Positions 50,540 to 60,435 are shown, counted from the first letter of the stretch. The stretch is DNA of 64,000 bases from an uncultured Ignavibacteriaceae bacterium (GCA_964595355.1 CAZQQD010000001.1:1638-65637); one strand, 5' to 3'. Notes: generated by a model from the letters alone, not told the origin. Program-made: numbers and translations.

Positions 50540-52519
50540 ATGAAATTTGACAGGAAAAATTATAGTAACGAAAATCTCATAGAGTTATACATTGCACTGC
50601 TTACTCCGAGGATAATTGAACAAAAAATGATCAATTTGGCAAGGCAAGGGAAGATTTCTAAATGGTTCTCCGGCATAGGGCAGGAAGCTATTTCAGTAGG
50701 TTGTGCTTATGCATTGGCAGGCGATGAATTTATTTTAACAATGCATCGCAACCTTGGGGTATTTTCTGTAAGGAATGTTCCTCTGAGAAAATTATTTTCA
50801 CAGTTTCAAGGGAAAGCAAACGGTTTCACAAACGGCCGCGATCGTTCATTTCATTTCGGCACTTTGAAACATCATATAGTCGGAATGATTTCCCATCTTG
50901 GTCCACAATTCGGTGTTGCCGATGGAATAGCACTCTGGAGCAAAATTCACATGGAGAAAAAGGTAACCCTGGTTTTTACAGGTGAGGGCGGTACAAGTGA
51001 AGGAGATTTTCACGAAGCAGTTAATGTTGCTGCAGTATGGGGTCTTCCGGTAATTTTTTTGATCGAAAATAATGGTTATGGACTTTCAACTCCAACCAAT
51101 GAACAGTTTAAATGTAAAAGTCTGGTAGATAAAGGAATTGGATACGGCATCGAGGCAAGAACAATTGAAGGGAATAATGTTTTGGAAGTATACTCAACTA
51201 TCAAGGAACTGGCAGAGGATATGAGAAAAAATCCTCGACCTGTTTTGATTGAAGCTGTGACTTTCAGAATGAACGGACACGAAGAAGCGTCAGGAACTAA
51301 ATACATACCCGAAGAATTATTCGCCGATTGGATAAAAAAAGATCCAATTATGAATTATGAAAAATTTCTCTTAGCTCAAAAAGTAATTACTGAAAGTATG
51401 ATTAAATCATTTTTTAGAAAAATAGAAAATGATGTAGACAATGAATGGGAACTTGCTGTAAATGAGAATGAGATTACCTCTGATAGTAAAAAGGAGCTAA
51501 AAAATGTTTATGCTCCTTTTGAACAAAGAATAAAAAATCCTATTTCTGAAAAGAAAAGTAAAAAGAGATTTGTTGATGCTGTAAGTGATGCTCTGGATCA
51601 AAGTCTGGAAAGATATAAAGATCTGATAATTATGGGACAGGATATTGCAGAGTACGGTGGCGTTTTTAAAATAACCGACGGTTTTTTGGAAAAGTTTGGC
51701 AAGGATAGAGTTAGAAATACACCTCTTTGTGAATCTGCAATTATAGGTGCGGGACTAGGTTATTCGATATGCGGAGGGAAATCAATTGTTGAAATGCAGT
51801 TTGCAGATTTTATCTCTTCAGGTTTTACGCAAGTTGTAAATAACCTCGCTAAGACTCACTATCGCTGGGGACAAAATATTGATGTAGTTATCCGAATGCC
51901 TACTGGCGCAGGAGTTTCAGCCGGGCCATTTCATTCTCAATCTAATGAAGCATGGTTTACTCACACTCCCGGATTAAAAGTTGTTTATCCTTCTACTCCC
52001 TATGATGCAAAAGGTTTATTAAATGCTGCAATCGAGGATCCTAATCCCGTAATGTATTTTGAACATAAAGCGTTGTACAGATCAGTTAGTGAAGAAATTC
52101 CTGATGATTATTATACAGTTGAAATAGGCAAAGCAAACTTAATTATAGAGGGGAGTGATCTTTCAATAATCACATATGGGATGGGTGTTCATTGGGCAAA
52201 GGATGCTTTAACAGAATTCCCTGATATTTCTGCTGATTTGATTGATCTGCAATGTCTTCTTCCGTGGGATAAAGAAGCTGTTAAAAATTCAGTAAGAAAA
52301 ACCGGTAAAGTAATTATACTTCATGAAGATTGTCTTACAGGCGGAATCGGAGGAGAAATTTCAGCTTGGATAAGTGAAAATTGTTTTGAATTTTTGGACG
52401 CTGCAATTATGAGATGTGGTAGTCTCGATACTCCAATACCTTTTGCAAAAAAGCTGGAAGATAATTTTTTACCGGTGGATAGGTTTAAAGAAAAATTAAG
52501 AATGCTATGGAAGTATTAA
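50540..52519 (+). CDS. 2-oxoacid (branched-chain type) dehydrogenase E1 component, fused alpha-beta subunits
   Basis: The alpha part carries the TPP motif GEGGTSEGDFHEAVNVAAVWGLPVIFLIENNGYG. The beta part carries GQDIAEYGGVFK, NTPLCESAI and transketolase-like C-terminal domains. ATG 50540 is preferred to the TTG track start at 50471. Confidence 0.85.
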   Translation: MKFDRKNYSNENLIELYIALLTPRIIEQKMINLARQGKISKWFSGIGQEAISVGCAYALAGDEFILTMHRNLGVFSVRNVPLRKLFSQFQGKANGFTNGRDRSFHFGTLKHHIVGMISHLGPQFGVADGIALWSKIHMEKKVTLVFTGEGGTSEGDFHEAVNVAAVWGLPVIFLIENNGYGLSTPTNEQFKCKSLVDKGIGYGIEARTIEGNNVLEVYSTIKELAEDMRKNPRPVLIEAVTFRMNGHEEASGTKYIPEELFADWIKKDPIMNYEKFLLAQKVITESMIKSFFRKIENDVDNEWELAVNENEITSDSKKELKNVYAPFEQRIKNPISEKKSKKRFVDAVSDALDQSLERYKDLIIMGQDIAEYGGVFKITDGFLEKFGKDRVRNTPLCESAIIGAGLGYSICGGKSIVEMQFADFISSGFTQVVNNLAKTHYRWGQNIDVVIRMPTGAGVSAGPFHSQSNEAWFTHTPGLKVVYPSTPYDAKGLLNAAIEDPNPVMYFEHKALYRSVSEEIPDDYYTVEIGKANLIIEGSDLSIITYGMGVHWAKDALTEFPDISADLIDLQCLLPWDKEAVKNSVRKTGKVIILHEDCLTGGIGGEISAWISENCFEFLDAAIMRCGSLDTPIPFAKKLEDNFLPVDRFKEKLRMLWKY

Positions 52520-52524
52520 TTCAC

Positions 52525-54078
52525 TTACTCTACAACCTGGCAAACCGAATCCAGCACAGTACCGTCAACCCATTTAACAACCGCTACAACTTTTCCCTTA
52601 TTTAATTTTGGTTTGTCCGGTAATCCACAAATAGAATCGACTTCATTTTTTATTTTATTCAGGGATTTAATTGGCAAAGATGATTTCTTTAATGCTTTCA
52701 ATAAATCTTTTCTTAAAGGATTAATTGCAATTCCTCTTTCGGTGATTATTACGTCAATTAATTCTCCCGGTCCGCAGAGAGTTGTTACTTCATCGACTAT
52801 TACTGGTATTCTGTCCCTGAAAGATGGAATTGCCAATATTGTACATTTTGAATAAAGGCAATTCTGCCAGCCGCCAATTCCGTGCAATAAATATCCATCA
52901 GAATGAGTTACAACGTTTGCATTAAAATTTATGTCAACTTCAGTAGCTCCGAGTACAGCAACGTCAACAATCGATGCAAAATTTCCTTTCCCGTGGAAAT
53001 TGTAGCTTGTAAATGGACTCGTATTAACGTGATTAGGATTTTCTCTCATACTTCTCACACCTTCAAGATCAAAGGTCTGTCCGTCTAGAATATAATCTGT
53101 CAGGCCTTCTTCAAGCATTTGTACAAGATATTTTGTGCTCCCACCGCGCATAAATCTTGCTTTAATATTATTGGCCTTCATTCTTTCTTTTAAATAAAGA
53201 ACAAATGCTAGATTTGTTCCCCCTGCACCAGCTTGAAGAGAAAAACCATTTTTCATTATTCCTGCTTCTTCTATAAACTGTGCAACATATTCGGCAATTA
53301 AAAGTCTGTCAGGAGATTTTGTTACTTCCGTTGTACCAGAAACAATTTTAGAAGAATCGCCAAGTGAATCAATTTTGACTACATAATCAACATTGTTTCC
53401 CTGGATTTGCCAAGGAATGCAAGGAAAGGGAACAAGGTTGTCCGTTACAACAATTACATTATCGGCATATTCTGAATCAGCTAAAGCAAAACCTATTAGT
53501 CCGCTGGCAGAAGGACCGATTACGCCATTTGAGTTTCCGAATTCATCGGCGGTTGGTGCTGCAATTACGGCAATGTCAATTTTAACTTCACCGTCTTGAA
53601 TTGCCTGGTATCTTCCCCCGTGCGAACGCAGAACTCCAATTCCTTTCATTTTACCCAGAGAAGTAAATTTTCCGAGAGGGCCATTCATACTTCCTTCGAT
53701 GTGATGAATTGTTCCATTTTCAAGATATTTAATCAGATGCTTATGAACAGGAAAGGAAGCACTCGGAAACCAGCGGATATTTTTTATTCCCATTTGTTTG
53801 ATTGTGTCGAAGAGATAATTTGTTAAAGCATCGCCGTTACGTAAATGATGATGAGTAGAGATTGTCATTCCATCTTTCAGGCCGGCTTTTTTTAATGCGT
53901 CTCTTAAATTTCTAACAACTTTATTTCCATCAGTTGGGAAGTCTACGCAAGATTTAATTGGTGCACCGGTTTTTCTTCCGGTTGGTTTGTATTTGTTTAC
54001 ACCTTGAAAGGGAATCTGTTTTTGTCCATTTATTTCTATCGGGACAAATCTACCTGCAGCATTTTTAATTAGTTTCAT
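52525..54078 (-). CDS. citF: citrate lyase alpha subunit (citrate CoA-transferase)
   Basis: 517 aa with ISTHHHLRNGD, FSLQAGAGGTNLA, LGATEVDINFNANVVT and IGGWQNC. These closely follow CitF sequence landmarks. Confidence 0.85.
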   Translation of the reverse strand: MKLIKNAAGRFVPIEINGQKQIPFQGVNKYKPTGRKTGAPIKSCVDFPTDGNKVVRNLRDALKKAGLKDGMTISTHHHLRNGDALTNYLFDTIKQMGIKNIRWFPSASFPVHKHLIKYLENGTIHHIEGSMNGPLGKFTSLGKMKGIGVLRSHGGRYQAIQDGEVKIDIAVIAAPTADEFGNSNGVIGPSASGLIGFALADSEYADNVIVVTDNLVPFPCIPWQIQGNNVDYVVKIDSLGDSSKIVSGTTEVTKSPDRLLIAEYVAQFIEEAGIMKNGFSLQAGAGGTNLAFVLYLKERMKANNIKARFMRGGSTKYLVQMLEEGLTDYILDGQTFDLEGVRSMRENPNHVNTSPFTSYNFHGKGNFASIVDVAVLGATEVDINFNANVVTHSDGYLLHGIGGWQNCLYSKCTILAIPSFRDRIPVIVDEVTTLCGPGELIDVIITERGIAINPLRKDLLKALKKSSLPIKSLNKIKNEVDSICGLPDKPKLNKGKVVAVVKWVDGTVLDSVCQVVE

Positions 54079-55291
54079 TTCGCCATTTTTCAGTAATTAT
54101 ATTATTAAGTAGTCCCAGTTCAATAGTTTTTTGTGCTCTTTTTACAACAGGCGCATCTATCATTTTACTCCCTAGCGCAACTACACCAAGTCCTTTTTTT
54201 TCAGCTTCCTCAAAAGCGAGAACAATTTTCTTTGCTCTCTCAATTTCTTCTATCGAAGGTGCAAAAGCCTCGTGTACAACCTGTATCTGTCTAGGATGGA
54301 TGCACCCTTTCCCTTCAAAGCCAAGTGACTTTGCTTCTATTACGCTTCTTCTCAAACCTTCCATATCATTCACATCGGAGAATACCGTATCTATAGCCTG
54401 TACTCCTGCAGCCTTTGCGGCATTTACAACCATTGATCTTGCGAAGAAACTTTCTTTCCCATCTGGTGTTCGCTGTGTGCCTATGTCGGCAGTATAATCT
54501 TCTAGTCCGATTGCAAGTCCACAAATACCCGGTGAAGAAGATGCAATTTCATATGCATTAATTACCCCTTTTGCACTTTCTATTATCGGCATAATGTAAA
54601 CTTCATTCTTAATTTTATGTTCAACTTTTAGTTTCCTAATTTCAAGTATTGTCTCAGTAACTTGTTCGACTAACTCGCACTTGGGAATTAGAACAACATT
54701 AACATTGTGCGGAATAATATATTTAAGGTCTTCAATTCCATTTTGGCCCTGATTTATTCTTACCATTCTTTCACAACCATAAAAATCGACAGAGCGGAGT
54801 GTATTTCGTACGAGAATTCTTGCTGAATCTTTTTCTGTGGGAGCAACGCTGTCTTCAAGGTCTAAAATTATTCCGTCCGGTTTGTGAAGTCCTGCATTCA
54901 AAAAGAACTTTGGTTCATTCCCCGGTAAGTATAATCGGGTACGTCTCAGCTTATCTTTCTCAGTGTGATATTTATTTTGCCTGAGCATCTTTGGAAGGAA
55001 TTCTTTTGTCTCATCAGGATTCAATCTCTTATATGCAGCTTCAAATCTTGCTGCAATAACAAATGGCAGCGCTCCATTATCTTCAAGAAGGATTTTTGAA
55101 TGTTCTATATTAAAGCATGAACACATTTCTTCAACCTGCTCCTTGATGGAATTACCGAACATTGAGTTAACTTTACTTTTAATATCTGTTTTTAAACCTC
55201 CGGAACTTTTTCTTTCTATCTCTATGTAACAGTCAGATCGGATATCGTTCCCTCGTTTTCCGGCTGATGCTTTGTTATTTTTCTCTTTCAT
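54065..55291 (-). CDS. fusion of citrate lyase acyl carrier protein (gamma, CitD-like) and citryl-ACP lyase (beta, CitE/HpcH-HpaI aldolase fold)
   Basis: 408 aa. The N-terminal ~95 aa resemble CitD (SAGKRGNDIRSDCYIEIE...GALPFVIAARFEAAYKRL). The rest resembles CitE (RRTRLYLPGNEPKFF...DGIILDLEDSVAP...EGKGCIHPRQI). It overlaps citF by 14 nt. Confidence 0.8.
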   Translation of the reverse strand: MKEKNNKASAGKRGNDIRSDCYIEIERKSSGGLKTDIKSKVNSMFGNSIKEQVEEMCSCFNIEHSKILLEDNGALPFVIAARFEAAYKRLNPDETKEFLPKMLRQNKYHTEKDKLRRTRLYLPGNEPKFFLNAGLHKPDGIILDLEDSVAPTEKDSARILVRNTLRSVDFYGCERMVRINQGQNGIEDLKYIIPHNVNVVLIPKCELVEQVTETILEIRKLKVEHKIKNEVYIMPIIESAKGVINAYEIASSSPGICGLAIGLEDYTADIGTQRTPDGKESFFARSMVVNAAKAAGVQAIDTVFSDVNDMEGLRRSVIEAKSLGFEGKGCIHPRQIQVVHEAFAPSIEEIERAKKIVLAFEEAEKKGLGVVALGSKMIDAPVVKRAQKTIELGLLNNIITEKWRNETN

Positions 55292-55301
55292 TAAATTCTT
55301 A

Positions 55302-56672
55302 TTAATTAATTGTAAGTCTTTTCATAAAATTTCTGACTTTCATCTTTTCACAATTAAAAATCATCTCTTTTATTTTTTCTTGCCTCTTTTTGGTCAGTAC
55401 TTTCCCTGAAAGTGAACTGAATTTGTTTTCAAGGTCTTCCATTGTCATTGGTTCACGTGGATCACCTTTAGGGTATTCAAGGTATTCGGAAAATTCGTTT
55501 CCATCCTTTGTCTTTACAATAACTTTTGAAGGCTGTTTTGCAGGAAACATTTTCTCAAATTCTTCAGAAGCCTCACCCTGTATTTTATCTATTACGTCCC
55601 AAATTCTCGGATCTTTTAATTTCTTTTCTGAAAAAGAATCTGTAGTGATTTTTTTATCAACCAAAGCTGCTGCAATGCAATAGGGGAGTGAGTGATCAGC
55701 TGTTTCCCTTGATTCTGGTCGATACTTATGGGGGTCAAAAAGAATATCACAGGCACGTGCAATCGTTTTAACAGTTACAGATTCGATCTGATCATAGTTG
55801 ATGTTGTTTTTTGTAACAACTTTTAGTGTCGCTGTTATATGCGTATGTGTTAAGGCTTCGGTTGGAAAAGCCTTCATACTGCATTCCAGTATCTTAAAAT
55901 TTTTCCCCAAGCCGTCTGTTAATTTTGTAGTATTCCATCCGGGACCAAATACGTCCATTAGCCCTTCTTTACCTTCAAAAATTGCTTCAGTTCCAATATA
56001 ACCGTTTTTCGCCATCAAAGCAGCGAATACACCCGACTGCACAGCCATTGGGTCGACCGTGTTTTTCATCATTGTGAGTTTTCCTGCAGTCGGACATCCT
56101 ATTGTATGATTATGACTTCCGTTTATTCCGATTGCATTTACCATTTGATCAATATTTAATTTAAGCAGTTTTCCTGCTACAATAGGCGAAACAAACTGTG
56201 TGAGGGTTGCATGATGCCATTTGCGTTCACGAATTCCCGGAACCGCAAATTCACAGAGTCTTTGCTCAAATTCATAAGCAAGTACAATTGCTGTGATAAC
56301 CTCTTTCATTGATGAATCTGTTAATTCACTGACAGAAAGCGCCGCAGCAATAAGATCAGACGGATGTGAAGGATCTTCTTTCCAGTAAATGTCATTGAAG
56401 TCCAGTGCACGGATCATTAAAGAATTTATTAAAGTAGAATTCACGGCTGGGAGTTTATCGCCGAAACCTATTAATGTTGATTCTTTTTTGCCGCCTATAT
56501 TTTTGTAAATCTTTCTTAATATTTTTACATCTTTGGTTTTGTAACCGCCGTAAGCGCAGCCGATTGAATCGTAAAGATATCTTTTCACTTCATTGATTAC
56601 ATTTTCAGACAGGTCTTTATATTTTATATTGACTGCGAATTCTGCAATTTGTCTTGAGATGGAAGTCCCCAT
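55302..56672 (-). CDS. MmgE/PrpD family protein (2-methylcitrate dehydratase-like)
   Basis: 456 aa with the typical PrpD N-terminus (ISRQIAEFAVNIKYKDLSENVINEVKRYLYDSIGCAYGG) and ADHSLPYCIAAAL. Confidence 0.85.
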   Translation of the reverse strand: MGTSISRQIAEFAVNIKYKDLSENVINEVKRYLYDSIGCAYGGYKTKDVKILRKIYKNIGGKKESTLIGFGDKLPAVNSTLINSLMIRALDFNDIYWKEDPSHPSDLIAAALSVSELTDSSMKEVITAIVLAYEFEQRLCEFAVPGIRERKWHHATLTQFVSPIVAGKLLKLNIDQMVNAIGINGSHNHTIGCPTAGKLTMMKNTVDPMAVQSGVFAALMAKNGYIGTEAIFEGKEGLMDVFGPGWNTTKLTDGLGKNFKILECSMKAFPTEALTHTHITATLKVVTKNNINYDQIESVTVKTIARACDILFDPHKYRPESRETADHSLPYCIAAALVDKKITTDSFSEKKLKDPRIWDVIDKIQGEASEEFEKMFPAKQPSKVIVKTKDGNEFSEYLEYPKGDPREPMTMEDLENKFSSLSGKVLTKKRQEKIKEMIFNCEKMKVRNFMKRLTIN

Positions 56673-56686
56673 TTATATCCTTATAT

Positions 56687-58657
56687 TTAATTTAAATTTT
56701 TCTTGATCCAATTTTCGAGACCGTCAAGAGCAATCAATTCCTGTGCAGCAGTTCCAACCGGGTCGAAAGAATAATTTTTATCTTTAAATTCAATTTCTGA
56801 ATCAATAAAGTTTACATTTATTCTTTCACTCAACTTTATTGTTAGCTTTGACAAACCCAATTCCTGCTTTAGATCTTCCACAAGTTCCGGACATTCTACT
56901 AATAAAAATCCATTGTTGATTGCATTTCGTTTATAGGTTTCATTAAAAGATCCTGCAATCACTACTTTAATACCCTTGTATTTTAATGCAGTGGCAGCTT
57001 GTTCTCTTGAGCTACCAGTGCCAAAATTAAATCCACCAATTAAAATATCTCCTTCTTCAGCTATCTTCACAAATTCAGGATCATAATTTTCCATCACAAC
57101 TTCAGCCTGCTGTTGAGGAGTAAAATTATCCTGGTAGGTATACTTGCCGGGATAAATTCCATCTGTATTTAAATTATCTTGGTGGCAAAAGATCACGTTC
57201 CCTCTTATATCTTTTGGAAAACCTTCAACAATATTTATTTTGTCTGTTTTGCCGTGTGTTTTTTTGTTCACGTTTATAATTGCGGACGTTTCTGTAACAG
57301 AATCTTTCCATTTGAAATAAATTTTCCCTGCAATTGCCGAGGCTGCAACAACGGCAGGAGAGGCAAGATAAGCCTGAGCATTTGGCGATCCCATTCTTCC
57401 TTTAAAGTTCCTGTTTGTTGCTGATATGCCGACTTCTCCATCTTCAAGTAATCCGACACCTAGCCCGATACAAGGGCCACATCCCGGTGGAAGCGGAATT
57501 GCTCCTGCGTCAATGAGAGTTTTCCACGCACCATTTTTTTCGACTTCCTGTTGTTCATCACGTGAAGCGGCGGCAATATAAAATTTAACTTCTGGTGCTA
57601 CCTTTTTCCCTTTCATAATTTCTGCAGCATCGTAAATATCGCTTGCCCTACTGTTAACACACGAAACTAAATATGCTTTGTTAATTTTTACTTCCTTTTC
57701 CTGAAATGCCGTCACAGGTGTAAAAACTTTGACAGAATTAGGGCCAGAAACTGAAGGTTTTATTGTCTGGAGATCAATAACAATTTCCTTTGAATAATAT
57801 GCATCTTTATCTGCTTTTGGAGGATCTTTTTCCAGATCGAAAATTCTGAATAAATTCATCCTTGGATGAAGGCCATTGCCATCTGTATCTGAAGGAACTC
57901 CTTCCAGTCCTCTTTCGATAATATGGTTTGCTCTTTTTTTAAGCCACAAAATTGTTACGTGATCAACAGGGAAAATGCCTGCCAGAGCGCCCCATTCCGT
58001 TGTCATATTTGCAATGCTTAATCTTTCATCTACTGTAAGATATTTTACACCGTTGCCTGTAAATTCTACAGCATGGTTTAATACTTCATCATTGTTAAAA
58101 TATCCGCATAATGTTATAATTAGATCTTTACCTGTAACACCCTGATTAAGACTGTTTATCAATTTTACATTTACAACAGGAGGAATCTGCCACCAAGTCC
58201 TTCCGGTTGCCCAGATCGCAGCAGCGTCAGTTCGAACAATAGGTGTACCAAGGCAACCTAATCCGCCATACATATTGGAATGACTGTCTGAAGCAACAAC
58301 CATAGTGCCCGGCCATGCATAACCTTCTTCACACATTATCTGGTGACCAATTCCGCGTCCTGCTGGATAAAAATCTGCTCCATGCATTTTTGCAAAATCT
58401 TCAATCTTACGATATTTTTCTAAATTCGCTTCACTCTTATCCTGAACATTATGGTCAAGTGTTATTACGACCTGTCTTGGACTAAATAATTTCTTTGCAC
58501 CAATATTTTTGAATTTTGGAATAACCGCGCCTGTGTTATCATGAGTCATTACATAAGCAGGTTTTATTGATATATAGTCTCCACTATGAATTTCTCTTCC
58601 ATCAGCTATTCCTACAGCGAATTTTTGTGCTATTTTTTCTAATAATGTCTGTGCCAT
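56687..58657 (-). CDS. aconitase-superfamily hydro-lyase, single-chain LeuC-like plus LeuD-like (homoaconitase / isopropylmalate isomerase type)
   Basis: Motifs include ASDSHSNMYGGLG, the Fe-S ligand regions VSCVNSR and GCGPCIGLG, and the swivel domain NLNTDGIYPGKYTYQD...GGFNFGTGSSREQAA. I prefer ATG 58657 (MAQTLLEKI), which is preceded by GAAGGAAGG, to the TTG at 58675. Confidence 0.85.
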   Translation of the reverse strand: MAQTLLEKIAQKFAVGIADGREIHSGDYISIKPAYVMTHDNTGAVIPKFKNIGAKKLFSPRQVVITLDHNVQDKSEANLEKYRKIEDFAKMHGADFYPAGRGIGHQIMCEEGYAWPGTMVVASDSHSNMYGGLGCLGTPIVRTDAAAIWATGRTWWQIPPVVNVKLINSLNQGVTGKDLIITLCGYFNNDEVLNHAVEFTGNGVKYLTVDERLSIANMTTEWGALAGIFPVDHVTILWLKKRANHIIERGLEGVPSDTDGNGLHPRMNLFRIFDLEKDPPKADKDAYYSKEIVIDLQTIKPSVSGPNSVKVFTPVTAFQEKEVKINKAYLVSCVNSRASDIYDAAEIMKGKKVAPEVKFYIAAASRDEQQEVEKNGAWKTLIDAGAIPLPPGCGPCIGLGVGLLEDGEVGISATNRNFKGRMGSPNAQAYLASPAVVAASAIAGKIYFKWKDSVTETSAIINVNKKTHGKTDKINIVEGFPKDIRGNVIFCHQDNLNTDGIYPGKYTYQDNFTPQQQAEVVMENYDPEFVKIAEEGDILIGGFNFGTGSSREQAATALKYKGIKVVIAGSFNETYKRNAINNGFLLVECPELVEDLKQELGLSKLTIKLSERINVNFIDSEIEFKDKNYSFDPVGTAAQELIALDGLENWIKKNLN

Positions 58658-58678
58658 AATTTTACCTTCCTTCAACCA

Positions 58679-59212
58679 TCATGCTTTGAAAGGGTCAAAG
58701 CTAACAAAGTCAGCATGATGAACAATTATTGATTCAACTGTTCTATGTCCGAGATCTCCTTCCTTTGAGTGAGTTGCAATGATGTGCTGTACTTCTGCAG
58801 GAATTCCGAATCTATCTGCAATTGCTAAACCACTGAATGGATGCCGAACAAGTTTTCCTGTGTGACTTGTTGAGAGTTTTCCATCTTTCATTTCATATTC
58901 AAGAAGCTTGCCGACATCTATTAAAATAGCACCTGCAATCAGTATGTCCATATTTATCTTTATTTCATCACCAAAGTTTTTTTGCATTATTTTTGTCATC
59001 TCAACTGAGAGTTGAACACAGGTTCTTTTATGGTTCATAAAAGAAATCTTGCAATCTTTTATGAGAAGAGAAAAAGGAATAATGTTCAGGTCTTCAATTG
59101 AAAGTACGCTGTTCTCAATTGCATAAATCCAGCAGTTCAAAACTTTTTCTTTCAAGCCTTCATCTTTTATCCAATTTATTTCGGGCCATATTTTCAGAAC
59201 TTTGTCTTTCAT
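58679..59212 (-). CDS. HD-domain protein (metal-dependent phosphohydrolase fold), function unknown
   Basis: About 177 aa with H...HD-type residues (RTCVQLS..., LIDVGKLLE, HIIATHSKEGDLG, VHHADF). ATG 59212 is preferred to TTG 59230. It sits inside the operon with 4-nt and 21-nt gaps. Confidence 0.6.
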   Translation of the reverse strand: MKDKVLKIWPEINWIKDEGLKEKVLNCWIYAIENSVLSIEDLNIIPFSLLIKDCKISFMNHKRTCVQLSVEMTKIMQKNFGDEIKINMDILIAGAILIDVGKLLEYEMKDGKLSTSHTGKLVRHPFSGLAIADRFGIPAEVQHIIATHSKEGDLGHRTVESIIVHHADFVSFDPFKA

Positions 59213-59216
59213 AATT

Positions 59217-60395
59217 TCACAACTCCGCAATTATTGCATCTGTCATCTGTTGAGTAGTACAGGCTCCATTATTAAATACATCAGCACCACCTTTTAATTT
59301 TAGCATGTCATAAGTCCTTACCTTGCCTTCAACAATTACTTTTGCGATTGCGTTACGAATCTTCTCTGCTTTTTCATTTTCTCCTAAGTGATCGAGCATC
59401 ATACAAGCACTTAGAATCATTGCAATTGGATTTACAATTGAGGGATTTAATTTCTGGTATTTAGGAGCTGAGCCGTGTGTGGGTTCGAACACCGCAACTT
59501 CTTTTCCGATATTTGCACTACAGGCGAAACCGAGTCCGCCGACTAATCCGGCAAAACCGTCGCTGATTATATCGCCGAACATATTTTCTGCAACTATTAC
59601 TCCATAGATTTCCGGATTTTTTGTAAGCCACATCATCTGCGCGTCTATATTTGTGTCCCAAAGATCGATGCCAGGGTAATCTTTTGCTATTTTTTTTGCC
59701 TCGCTTACCATCATACCTGAAGTTTCACGAAGTACATTAGGTTTCTCACAAACAGTTACATTTTTATAAGCAAATTTCTTTGCATATTCAAATGCTTCTT
59801 TTATAATTCTTCTACATGCACCTCTGCTCATTATTCTTGTTGATATTGCAAGATCCTCATTGGGAACATTCTTAAACGATTTCATTTTCGGGTGAGTTTC
59901 AAGAGCATCACGGACATTTTTAGGGGGATTTGTCCACTCAACTCCTGCGTAAAGTCCTTCTGTGTTTTGTCTGAAAATTACTGCATTTATTTCCGGCTCA
60001 GAAAAACCATTTGGGTTTCTGATTATAAAATTTAAAGGGTTTCCTGGAAATGATTTGCAAGGACGGATACAAAGGTCAAGGTTAAAATGCTGCCGAAGCC
60101 CGACAATTGGACTGAAATAAATAAAACCTTTATCTTTTAATGAAGAATCTAGTTCAAGAGCCGCGGCATCTTTCGGTTTGCTTGTAATTGCCCCGAATAA
60201 GCCGATTTTATGTTTTTCAAGCAGGTCTATTGTGCGTTGAGGAAGCGCATCTCCTTCTTTGCACCAAAATTCCCACCCAATATCTGCATGAATATATTGA
60301 GCTTCAAATTTTATAGCGTTTAATACACGAATTGCTTCGGGTAGAACAGTTTTGCCTATGCCATCTCCTGGCATGGTAACAATATTGTACTGCAT
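59217..60395 (-). CDS. beta-decarboxylating dehydrogenase of the isocitrate / homoisocitrate / isopropylmalate dehydrogenase family
   Basis: 392 aa with MPGDGIGKTVLPEA, FSPIVGLRQHFNLDLCIRPCK, RQNTEGLYAG, ENMFGDIISD and PTHGSAPK. Confidence 0.85.
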   Translation of the reverse strand: MQYNIVTMPGDGIGKTVLPEAIRVLNAIKFEAQYIHADIGWEFWCKEGDALPQRTIDLLEKHKIGLFGAITSKPKDAAALELDSSLKDKGFIYFSPIVGLRQHFNLDLCIRPCKSFPGNPLNFIIRNPNGFSEPEINAVIFRQNTEGLYAGVEWTNPPKNVRDALETHPKMKSFKNVPNEDLAISTRIMSRGACRRIIKEAFEYAKKFAYKNVTVCEKPNVLRETSGMMVSEAKKIAKDYPGIDLWDTNIDAQMMWLTKNPEIYGVIVAENMFGDIISDGFAGLVGGLGFACSANIGKEVAVFEPTHGSAPKYQKLNPSIVNPIAMILSACMMLDHLGENEKAEKIRNAIAKVIVEGKVRTYDMLKLKGGADVFNNGACTTQQMTDAIIAEL

Positions 60396-60435
60396 CTATC
60401 CCCCTTCTGTTAAAGTCTTAAAAATCAGTTGCTTA

